Source of the DNA: Nitrospirota bacterium
GTDB lineage: Bacteria > Nitrospirota > Thermodesulfovibrionia > Thermodesulfovibrionales > Dissulfurispiraceae
NCBI GenBank assembly: GCA_040754455.1
Contig: JBFMCP010000049.1
Span: forward strand, 1 to 18,970
Direction: 5' to 3'
DNA: 18,970 nt
Shown here: positions 1 through 7,573 of the stretch, one piece after another
How the letters are laid out: every line of letters starts with the position of its first letter
Numbering within the stretch: the first letter of the stretch is position 1
Notes under the pieces: model-generated
What the model saw: only the letters and a program-made list of their open reading frames with translations
Database searches by the model: none
What the model was told of the DNA's origin: nothing
Made by a program: the position numbers and the translations under genes

Positions 1-248
1 ATAAGCTCAGGACAGATTACGAGAAGACGGCTACCCTGTCCTTTACCGCTGCAAGCAACAACTTCGAGCTGGCCATTGCGGTGGCTGTTGCGGTCTTCGG
101 GATCAACTCAGGGGCGGCCTTTGCAGCGGTAATCGGTCCCCTCGTCGAAGTGCCTGTATTGATCAGCCTTGTCAATGTCGCACGATATTTCCAGAAGAAA
201 TACTTCACGGTTGAATATTGCAGGGTCAAAGAGACGACCCCGCTCTAA
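1..248 (+). CDS. acr3: Acr3-family arsenite efflux transporter, 3' end (5'-partial)
   Basis: Own translation from base 3: [59 protein letters not shown]...PL, stop TAA at 246-248. [11 protein letters not shown] and GPLVEVP are Acr3 signature motifs. Not in the ORF track because the start is outside the window. Confidence 0.95.
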   Translation, partial: KLRTDYEKTATLSFTAASNNFELAIAVAVAVFGINSGAAFAAVIGPLVEVPVLISLVNVARYFQKKYFTVEYCRVKETTPL

Positions 249-272
249 TATCAGAATTGGAGAGATGCGAAA

Positions 273-653
273 ATGAAAAAAAGAGTACTGGCCTTACTTG
301 TTGCAGCGACCATCCTTCTGATAGCAGGACTGAGCAGCGCAGACCAGCTTGAGATGACGCTTAATAGAGCGAAAAAAGAGGGCAAAATTGTCATGCTTGA
401 GCTCGGCTCGGTAGGATGCATTCCCTGTGAACAGATGAAACCGGTTATGAAAAAACTTTCAGAGAATTACAAGGGCAAGCTGGAAGTTATCTTCGTTGAT
501 GTGAAGAAAGATTCGAAAAACGCGAAAAAGTATGGTGTTTTTGTAATTCCGGTACAGGTCTTTCTGGATAAAGAGGGGAAAGAGTTCCACCGGCATCTCG
601 GCTATTACTCTTATGAAGAGATTGTTCCTGTATTGAAAAAAGCAGGTTTGTAA
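273..653 (+). CDS. Exported thioredoxin-family protein (CIPC)
   Basis: Signal peptide MKKRVLALLVAATILL, CxxC motif GCIPC, downstream cis-Pro-like VIPVQVF, GGAGA RBS upstream. Confidence 0.9.
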   Translation: MKKRVLALLVAATILLIAGLSSADQLEMTLNRAKKEGKIVMLELGSVGCIPCEQMKPVMKKLSENYKGKLEVIFVDVKKDSKNAKKYGVFVIPVQVFLDKEGKEFHRHLGYYSYEEIVPVLKKAGL

Positions 654-682
654 GACAGTATTCAGAGCAGGTCAGTTGGCAC

Positions 683-1399
683 ATGAAGATAGGGATACTT
701 GGGGACATTCACGGAAATCTGGAAGCTCTTAAAGCCGCCTATCAGGAGGCTGTTTCCCGTGGCGCGGAGAAGATATACCATCTCGGAGATCTTGGGGGAT
801 ATGCCCCTTTTGTAAACGAGGTAATAGATTTTCTGATCGAACATACGATCAGCGGCGTTCAAGGGAATTATGACGAAACAGTGGGAAATGACAGGGAGCA
901 TTGCGGATGCAAATACGAAGATCCGGTTCAGGCTGAAATGTCGTCATTGGGCTTCGAATGGACAAAAAAACACGCATCCAAAAAGAGCAAAGAGTACATG
1001 AGGGCGCTGCCCTTTGAAATATCTCTAACGGTCGACAGTAAAAGGGTAATCATTTTCCATGCGTCCCCAAGGAAAAACAACCTCTACTGGTATGAAGAGA
1101 GACCGGAAAAGTTCTTTAAGGAGATGGCGGAGAAGGTGGATGCCGATATCCTCATCTACGGGCATACCCATAAACCATATCGGAAGGATATTGGTGGCAA
1201 GGTCTTCATAAATGCCGGAAGCATCGGTAAGCCGAAAGACGACGATCCCAGGACCTGTATCACTTTAGTCGAAATAGAACAGAACAGTGTGAAAAGTGAA
1301 TTCATTAGAATTCCCTATGATGTCGGGAAAACGGCTTCAGCGATTATTGAAAGGGGCTTACCCCCTTATTTTGCGGAGAAGCTGAGGCAAGGGAGATGA
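683..1399 (+). CDS. Calcineurin-like metallophosphoesterase (YfcE-like)
   Basis: Motifs DIHGN, GDLGGY, GNYD, H, GHTH, NAGSIG. Confidence 0.92.
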   Translation: MKIGILGDIHGNLEALKAAYQEAVSRGAEKIYHLGDLGGYAPFVNEVIDFLIEHTISGVQGNYDETVGNDREHCGCKYEDPVQAEMSSLGFEWTKKHASKKSKEYMRALPFEISLTVDSKRVIIFHASPRKNNLYWYEERPEKFFKEMAEKVDADILIYGHTHKPYRKDIGGKVFINAGSIGKPKDDDPRTCITLVEIEQNSVKSEFIRIPYDVGKTASAIIERGLPPYFAEKLRQGR

Positions 1400-1517
1400 A
1401 ATGGAATGTAAAAGTCAGGACTTCACCCGTCGGTCAGCGTCAGGTTTTGTATCGTTTTCCGATAATGGAAGCAACTATTTTAGTTTCTGCCTCGTCGCAA
1501 GGCTGTTGTTACGATTA

Positions 1518-1545
1518 TTGAATCACCTGATTTAAGATATATAAT
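1518..1545 (+). promoter_or_regulatory. Putative sigma70 promoter with overlapping inverted repeat (possible repressor operator)
   Basis: TTGAAT (1518-1523), 16 nt spacer, TATAAT (1540-1545). The -35 lies in the 8-2-8 imperfect palindrome TTGAATCA-CC-TGATTTAA (1518-1535). Confidence 0.55.
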
Positions 1546-1578
1546 TACGCTATCAACATGATTTACTGAGAGGGCTCT

Positions 1579-1791
1579 ATGGACGAACTGGTATGCTACT
1601 GTTTCAATTATACGAAGTCAGATATTAGAGAGGATGTGCTGAGGAACAAGGGACGTTCTACAATAATTGAGCGTATCCTTGCAACCGCAAAGGAGGGTAA
1701 GAGCCAATGTAAGATCAAAAATCCCTCGGGTCGATGATGCCTTGCCGACGTCCGCCGTGTCGTGGACGAGGTTGCACAAGAAAAGACCTGA
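1579..1791 (+). CDS. Small BFD-like/CopZ-N-terminal-like 2Fe-2S protein, putative selenoprotein (Sec at codon 53)
   Basis: GAGAGGG RBS, then MDELVCYCFNYTKSDIREDVLRNKGRSTIIERILATAKEGKSQCKIKNPSGR-TGA-CLADVRRVVDEVAQEKT-stop. The TGA at 1735-1737 replaces the first Cys of the family motif NPxGxCC, and a hairpin follows it. Confidence 0.85.
1749..1768 (+). promoter_or_regulatory. Candidate bacterial SECIS hairpin
   Basis: Begins after an 11-nt spacer following the UGA. Stem CGUCCGC/GUGGACG (7 bp, one G-U), loop CGUGUC. Confidence 0.7.
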
Positions 1792-1904
1792 AGAGACGCA
1801 ATCTAGTCGTACACTGGCCGTAAGGTTACGTTGTAGCAACTACAAATGAAACAACCTCTATGTCCTGCCCTGCAGTTTGGGCAATCAGGTTTCTAAGGAT
1901 TGCT

Positions 1905-2594
1905 ATGGAATCGCTTTTGGGTAATATTCAATCAATCGTTCAGCACCAGCACGGCGTTGCGTTCCTCGCCGTCTTTATCGGCGGGCTCGTCTCCGCGGCG
2001 AGTCCCTGCGTTCTTGCAGCCATTCCCCTGATCATCGGCTATGTAGGCGGCTATTCCGAAGGGAACAAGAAGAAGGCAGCGCTCTACTCTCTGGTATTCA
2101 TCCTCGGCCTCTCCATCACCTTCACCCTGCTCGGTGCAGCAGCCTCAGCGATGGGACAATTCCTCGGCTTCTTGGGAAAATGGCTTTCTATTGGCCTCGC
2201 CGTTATTGCCGTGCTCATGGGGCTACAGCTCATGGGGTTTATTTCAATCCCTCTCCCTTTCCAAAGGACACGAGAAGTCAGAACAAAAGGATTATGTGGA
2301 GCCTTCATTCTGGGGCTCATCACCGGCACTGTCTCCTCACCTTGCGCGACTCCTGTGCTGGCAGTCATTCTCGCCTACGTATCAACACAGGGGAACATTT
2401 TCTACGGTGGAGCCCTTTTGTTCGTCTATGCACTCGGGCACTGTGCCCTCATATTCATCGCTGGTCTTTCTATCGGGCTCACCGAAAGCATTATCAGTTC
2501 AAAGGGAGTAAAGAACTTTTCCTTCTACTCCAAGAAAATCAGCGGCGTCATGCTCATGGCTGTGGGGATTTATTTCGCCTTCACCATGCTTTAA
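1905..2594 (+). CDS. ccdA: CcdA/DsbD transmembrane-domain disulfide reductase (cytochrome c biogenesis CcdA family)
   Basis: About six TM segments with two Pro-Cys motifs (SPCVL, SPCATP). The ATG at 1905 has an AAGGA RBS and is preferred over 1860. Confidence 0.9.
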   Translation: MESLLGNIQSIVQHQHGVAFLAVFIGGLVSAASPCVLAAIPLIIGYVGGYSEGNKKKAALYSLVFILGLSITFTLLGAAASAMGQFLGFLGKWLSIGLAVIAVLMGLQLMGFISIPLPFQRTREVRTKGLCGAFILGLITGTVSSPCATPVLAVILAYVSTQGNIFYGGALLFVYALGHCALIFIAGLSIGLTESIISSKGVKNFSFYSKKISGVMLMAVGIYFAFTML

Positions 2595-2611
2595 TTGTCA
2601 GGAGGACAGCG

Positions 2612-3388
2612 ATGAAACAGAAAATGTTACTTATCATGCTTGCGATCTGCACCATTTCCCTTGCTCCGGCAATAGCGCAGGAAACAAAAAATAGCGATCA
2701 GACAATCAAGGATACAAAGGCTGAATGGTACTTCCCCGAATGGCTCGGGACAAGCCCCTATGCTCCGGTATTCAAGGTCAGAGACACTGAAAATAAATAC
2801 GGCCGCTATGCGAAACAGGTAAAGATGATCACTGTCAAAGACCTCATTAAATTCCACGGCCACTTCTGTGGGGGGCTCGTGGAAAGTGCCGCATCGCTCA
2901 GGGTCGCCTTTGACCTGCTCTTTGCGGATGGCATTGTGGACCGTACAGATTTACGGATAGCGTCCAACAATTCCGCTTGCGGCGGAGATGTGGCTGCATA
3001 TTTGACCGGCGCGCGGGCCCGGTTCGGCACGCATGTTATAGACAACTCCCTGACGGAAAGCGAATTCTACGTGCAGCAGGTCTCTACTGGAAAAACAATC
3101 CATGTAAAGCTCAATCCCGAAATGTATCCCAAAGAGGTCAAGGCACAAATGAAGAAAATAGAGTCGGGCAATTTCACGCCGAAGGACATAGACCTGTTTC
3201 AGGAGCTTCAATGGGCTTATGCGAAGCGTATGGTCAACCGGCCGCTCAAGGAGTCTTTCATCGTTGAGGAAGTGAAGGATTATAAGTGGCCGGCACCGTC
3301 GTACAAGGATTTTGGTAAACGGAAGGACAATGACTACAAGGATGTGCCGTTGCTGCCGCTCAATGGAGCACAGGAGCAAAAGCAATGA
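2612..3388 (+). CDS. Secreted FmdE-domain protein
   Basis: AGGAGG RBS before ATG 2612, signal peptide MKQKMLLIMLAICTISLAPAIA, FmdE-type FHGHFCGG motif and SACGGD. Confidence 0.8.
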   Translation: MKQKMLLIMLAICTISLAPAIAQETKNSDQTIKDTKAEWYFPEWLGTSPYAPVFKVRDTENKYGRYAKQVKMITVKDLIKFHGHFCGGLVESAASLRVAFDLLFADGIVDRTDLRIASNNSACGGDVAAYLTGARARFGTHVIDNSLTESEFYVQQVSTGKTIHVKLNPEMYPKEVKAQMKKIESGNFTPKDIDLFQELQWAYAKRMVNRPLKESFIVEEVKDYKWPAPSYKDFGKRKDNDYKDVPLLPLNGAQEQKQ

Positions 3389-4176
3389 GGCAACTGTCAC
3401 TTATCATCTTATGCCTTCTTATATTCTCCGCGGCTCCTGCACACGCGATAGAGTTCAGTAATGTTATTATTATTTCCATCGACGCCCTCCATCCCGACGC
3501 TCTAAGCGAAAAGATTGCGCCATCCATTTTCCGTATGATGAAAAAGGGCAGCTATACGCTTAAAGGGAAAAGCGTTGATCCTCCCAAAACGCTCATCTCC
3601 CATACGGCAATGATTACCGGGCTGCCTCCCGCACTCAACGGCAAAACGGATAATGACTGGAAACCAGGGGAGGCACGAGTTTCAAAAGAGACGGTGTTCC
3701 ATATCGCAAAAAAGCTTCACTACCGTACCGCATACTTCTACAGCAAGACCAAACTCGGCTACCTCGTCAATGATGCAATCGATCTCCATCAGCTTGCTCC
3801 CGATGACGGTATAAAGCAGGCTCGGGATTTTATGGGAAAAGGCGGCAAGAATTTCGTTTTTCTCCACATCAGCTCCCTCGAATATGCAGGAAGCGAGAGC
3901 GGCTGGCTGTCGGAGGCATACCTTGAAGCGGTGTCGGAGATCGATGCCGAGCTGGCTCCCTTTTTCGATTTCGTGAAAGACAAGGGCAATTACCTCCTCA
4001 TCATTACCAGTGACCACGCGGGACACGAAAGACTCCACGGTACGCAGCACCCTGAAGATTACAAGCTTCCCTTTGTCATAGTCTCCGACCGGCATACATA
4101 TCCGGGAATACAGGATCGGCCATACAGTGTCACTGAATTAAAGGGCATTCTGGAAAAAACACTCAACGCAAAGTAG
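3385..4176 (+). CDS. Exported alkaline-phosphatase-superfamily protein (nucleotide pyrophosphatase/phosphodiesterase-like)
   Basis: Signal peptide, ISIDALHPD, Thr nucleophile motif PPKTLISHTAMITG, TSDHAG...HG. ATGA overlap with the upstream gene. Confidence 0.85.
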   Translation: MRQLSLIILCLLIFSAAPAHAIEFSNVIIISIDALHPDALSEKIAPSIFRMMKKGSYTLKGKSVDPPKTLISHTAMITGLPPALNGKTDNDWKPGEARVSKETVFHIAKKLHYRTAYFYSKTKLGYLVNDAIDLHQLAPDDGIKQARDFMGKGGKNFVFLHISSLEYAGSESGWLSEAYLEAVSEIDAELAPFFDFVKDKGNYLLIITSDHAGHERLHGTQHPEDYKLPFVIVSDRHTYPGIQDRPYSVTELKGILEKTLNAK

Positions 4177-4220
4177 GATCGTCTTCAAAGGAAAGGAAGA
4201 GCTGAAAGCGTAAAGCAGTT

Positions 4221-4496
4221 ATGATTGCCGATATTCTGAAATATGCCGAAGCCGATATAACACTTAAAAGGCTTCTGGAGAAAGCGCAGGATTACGCGCG
4301 GGTCTATGTCTTTGCGAAAAAGAGGCAGAAAGGTTGCGACGGGCTTGGAGAGATGACCAATCTGAAGGATGAATTCAGAGGGGTGCTGGACGAGTTGATG
4401 GAATACTGCAAAGAGAAGAAGTATACTCTCGACAGTTTTTCGCCGGACCTCGACGAGCTATCGGATGCGATCATCAAAGAGCAGGATCTGTTATGA
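4221..4496 (+). CDS. Hypothetical protein (91 aa, helical, single GCDG motif plus one further Cys)
   Basis: Co-oriented in the operon with protein-like composition. No family recognised. Confidence 0.7.
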   Translation: MIADILKYAEADITLKRLLEKAQDYARVYVFAKKRQKGCDGLGEMTNLKDEFRGVLDELMEYCKEKKYTLDSFSPDLDELSDAIIKEQDLL

Positions 4497-4705
4497 AGTT
4501 TGAAGCTGAGCCGATAGGAGTTGTTAAAACCAATGCTGAGAAGGTTCCGCGGCATTGGACTGTCTCGGATGCGGAAAGCACGATAATTATTAATGCAGTT
4601 CAAGAAAAGACTTAACGTATCATGGTGAGTTTTTACTTCCATCAAAGCTCCGGGTTACTCCAGCTCCCGGGCACTCATGAAGCAATGAGCAAACGGGTGT
4701 AGTAA
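4493..4705 (+). pseudogene. Degraded TrmO/TsaA-like (YaeB fold) gene remnant
   Basis: ATGA-coupled to the upstream gene. MKFEAEPIGVVKTNAEKVPRHWTVSDAESTIII resembles the TrmO N-terminus (PIG...PR). In-frame TAA at 4613-4615, then RIMVSFYFHQS resembles the conserved xxxxFxFH strand. Similarity fades afterwards, so the end coordinate is approximate. Confidence 0.6.
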
Positions 4706-5099
4706 CCGTACGCAGTCATGCAGTATTGTGTGTGTTTCTTCGACTTTGCCTCTATCACAGGGCTGCACTTAAAGTTGCAGCTTGACTTTCTATATCAATT
4801 TACGTTTATATTTAATTATTGTTTCACTGTTTCGCAAATATACGTTGAATAGGGGACTCCGCGCATATGGAAAATGGCCCATTCAGCTTTTCCCTCATAA
4901 TATTATCTCTATATTTATCTTGTAGCATTAAGGCACCGCAAACTGTTTCCAATGTTTTCCAACCACGTCATTATGCCTCACGCAAAGGCCGCCTTCTCAC
5001 CTGGAGCGACTTATGTATAAAAATAAATTTATGTTTTGCTTGTCTGTGGGTATACGGATGTGGTACTTCTCACGACCGGAAGATAAAGGACATGTCGTT

Positions 5100-6416
5100 A
5101 TGAAAACAAAAAGGACTTTAACCGTGACATTGGCAATGCTGCTGTTTCTTTCTATGCTGTCCTCATCTGCCCTGGCCGAGGGCGCTCCCGAAGCTTTTAC
5201 CCTCAATGAATGCATTGCCGTCGCGCTCAAGCAAAGCCCTTTGATAAAGTCTGCCGAATTCGATATTGAGGCGGCCCGGGCATCCTTCCATATTTCAAAA
5301 GGCGCTCTATTTCCGAGACTCGACGCCAATGCCGCCTATCTGAAAGAGAATCAAAACATACCGTATATCCCTGCACAGGCGACAAATATCCCCGCAAAGT
5401 TCAGCGATGAGGTCTATTCATGGAACTTGTACCTGAGAGTTCCCGTCTATGAGGGAGGCAGGCTCTCACGGCAGGTTGCGGTCGCCGAGCTTGAAAAAGC
5501 GGTCCAGCAGGCAAGAAAGGAGTTCACCGTTCAGGATCTCGTTGCCAACCTTACCAATACCTTTAATAAATTCCTTCAACTCAAAGAGCTGAAAAAGGCT
5601 TATGAAAAATCGGTAGAGGCCCTGGAGAGGCAAAGAAAAAATACGGAACTCCTCGTTCGCTCAGGGCGGACGGCACAGGTGGAACTGCTGAGAGTCGAGG
5701 TACAACTTGCCGGCGAGCAGCAGAACCTCATAAAAACAGATGAGGCGATAATCCGCACGAAGAACACGCTGGCATTCCTCATGGGCGTGCAGGCAAGTGA
5801 CGTACGCGATATCACCGGAACCTTCGCCCCCGTTGCAGAGATCAAGCAGGCCGATGCGTATGAGTTGATGAAATCCCGGCCTGACATCCTCGCTTTGTCA
5901 CAAAGGACAGAGCAGGCGAAAAGGAGAATAGCCATCGCAGCGGGCAAACGCTACCCTGCAGTGGCGCTGATCGGCAACTATGGGAACCGCGCAGGCCAGG
6001 GGCTGCATGACAGGGAAGAGGTGTGGGAGGCAGGCGTTGTCGCCACCATCAACCTCTTCGATGCAGGGATCACATCATCGGAGATACGTCGCGAGGAAAG
6101 CCTCTACAAAAAGGCGGCAGAAGAGCTCAGGCTCGCTGAATTAAAAGGGAAGCTGGAGGTTGATAACGCTCTGTCCTCGCTGCGTGAGGCTGAGAACAGA
6201 CTCTCAGTGGCAAAGAAGGCGGTCGTGCAATCGGAGGAGTCGCTGCGGATCGAGGAGCTGAAATACAAAACAGGAGCAGGGACGATCACCGATGCGCTCC
6301 TTGCCCAATCGGCCATGAGCCTTGCCCAGGCAAACTACTACCAGGCGCTCTATGATCAGGCATCAGCACTGACCGAATACAAGCGTTCAACAGGAAGCAT
6401 AGGAGTGACACAATGA
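5100..6416 (+). CDS. TolC-family outer membrane efflux channel
   Basis: Signal peptide after ATG 5100 (AAGGA RBS), two OEP repeats (LFPRLD...YEGG and RYPAV...LFDAG), YKTGAGTITDAL. Confidence 0.93.
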   Translation: MKTKRTLTVTLAMLLFLSMLSSSALAEGAPEAFTLNECIAVALKQSPLIKSAEFDIEAARASFHISKGALFPRLDANAAYLKENQNIPYIPAQATNIPAKFSDEVYSWNLYLRVPVYEGGRLSRQVAVAELEKAVQQARKEFTVQDLVANLTNTFNKFLQLKELKKAYEKSVEALERQRKNTELLVRSGRTAQVELLRVEVQLAGEQQNLIKTDEAIIRTKNTLAFLMGVQASDVRDITGTFAPVAEIKQADAYELMKSRPDILALSQRTEQAKRRIAIAAGKRYPAVALIGNYGNRAGQGLHDREEVWEAGVVATINLFDAGITSSEIRREESLYKKAAEELRLAELKGKLEVDNALSSLREAENRLSVAKKAVVQSEESLRIEELKYKTGAGTITDALLAQSAMSLAQANYYQALYDQASALTEYKRSTGSIGVTQ

Positions 6417-7573
6417 AAAAAACAATTGCTTTTGCTGTAGCTATACTCCTTGTCATCGGAGCCGTCATTATCATCAAGAATAAAAAGTCAGCCATCGCCC
6501 ATACGCCAACCGTTGCGTCCTATCCCCTGCCTGTGGAAGCAGCGGAGGCAAAGGAAGGAAGTATCACCATATCTTCCCACTATATCGGAACCATACTGCC
6601 GTTACGCTATGCTGATGTTTCGCCGAGGATCACCGGCAACATCCTTTCGGTATATGTGAGGGAGGGTGATGTCATTCACAAGGGACAATTGCTCGTAACT
6701 CTTGATGATAGAACATTAAGAGAGAAGGAATCGGCCCAGGCGCTGGAGATTCCGGCAACAGAGGCGCAACTGGCAGGCGCAAATAGCGGCTACGAGACCC
6801 AGCAGGCGATCTATGAGAGAGATGAAATGCTGCACAGGGAAGGCGCCATAGCCCTTGAGGCGCTCCAGAAGTCCAGGGCACAGAGGGATTTGTCATATGC
6901 ACAGGTAAAGAGCCTCGAAGAAAAGATAAAGGCGCTCAAAAATGCATACAAGGCGGCTTCGGTAGAAACATCGTATGCCAGACTTTATTCCCCTATAGAC
7001 GGCGTTGTTACCAGGAGACTCCAGGAGCCGGGAGACCTTGCGGTACCCGGGAAAGCAGTCCTGAAGGTTGAATGCACTTCCGACTTCAAGGTCGCCGTTC
7101 AGTTGCCGCAGGCTGAAATGTCGTCGATAAAAAAAGGAGGAGCAGTCATACTTTCCGACGGCAGAAACAAATCGGAGGCTGCGATCAGCCGTGTTTATCC
7201 AGCGGTTACAACGGGCACCCTCGGCACGGTCGAGATAGCGGTACCGAAACGCCCCTTTGATATCCATTCAGGCGGTACGGTCGGCGTGGATGTCATCACC
7301 GGCAAGACGGATACGGGAATAATTGTTCCCTTGAATGCCCTCCTCGAAAGCCAGCGTGGATGCTTTGTGTATAAAGTCAATGGCAACAAGATTACGGTCT
7401 CGAAGGTGCAGGTGCTCGGCAAGAACGGCGAATACGCAACCATTCAGGGTGCGCTGAAGAATGGGGATATTGTCGTAACCGGAGATGAAGGGAAACTCCT
7501 CAGACTCTCCGACGGAATGTCTGTTGCCGTTGTCTTCCGGGAAAACACGGACAGCGGAGGGGGAAGACGATGA
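6413..7573 (+). CDS. RND efflux periplasmic adaptor (membrane fusion protein)
   Basis: N-terminal anchor, lipoyl-like halves (ITGNILSVYVREGDVIHKGQLL and LYSPIDGVV), coiled hairpin. Overlaps both neighbours by ATGA. Confidence 0.93.
   Translation: MKKTIAFAVAILLVIGAVIIIKNKKSAIAHTPTVASYPLPVEAAEAKEGSITISSHYIGTILPLRYADVSPRITGNILSVYVREGDVIHKGQLLVTLDDRTLREKESAQALEIPATEAQLAGANSGYETQQAIYERDEMLHREGAIALEALQKSRAQRDLSYAQVKSLEEKIKALKNAYKAASVETSYARLYSPIDGVVTRRLQEPGDLAVPGKAVLKVECTSDFKVAVQLPQAEMSSIKKGGAVILSDGRNKSEAAISRVYPAVTTGTLGTVEIAVPKRPFDIHSGGTVGVDVITGKTDTGIIVPLNALLESQRGCFVYKVNGNKITVSKVQVLGKNGEYATIQGALKNGDIVVTGDEGKLLRLSDGMSVAVVFRENTDSGGGRR

Noticed and set aside
1407..1418. 12-nt match TGTAAAAGTCAG to the minus strand near 18696-18707
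   Set aside because: Too short, with no extended similarity or target duplication to support element ends.
1667..1849. 60-aa plus-strand ORF and the 1618-1839 minus-strand ORF
   Set aside because: Both are alternative frames overlapping the motif-bearing selenoprotein gene and have no recognisable features.
2180..2611. N-terminal extension of the 402-aa ORF
   Set aside because: It overlaps ccdA in another frame. A strong RBS and signal peptide place the real start at 2612.
4762..4812. Inverted repeat GCTGCA...TGCAGC and TTGA-N9-TCAA upstream of the efflux operon
   Set aside because: The spacing does not match an FNR box and the -35/-10 spacing is poor. Possibly regulatory but not supportable from sequence alone.
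5013..5099. Upstream extension of the TolC ORF and ORF 4867-5103
   Set aside because: The RBS and signal peptide fit ATG 5100. The upstream sequence is AT-rich and promoter-like.
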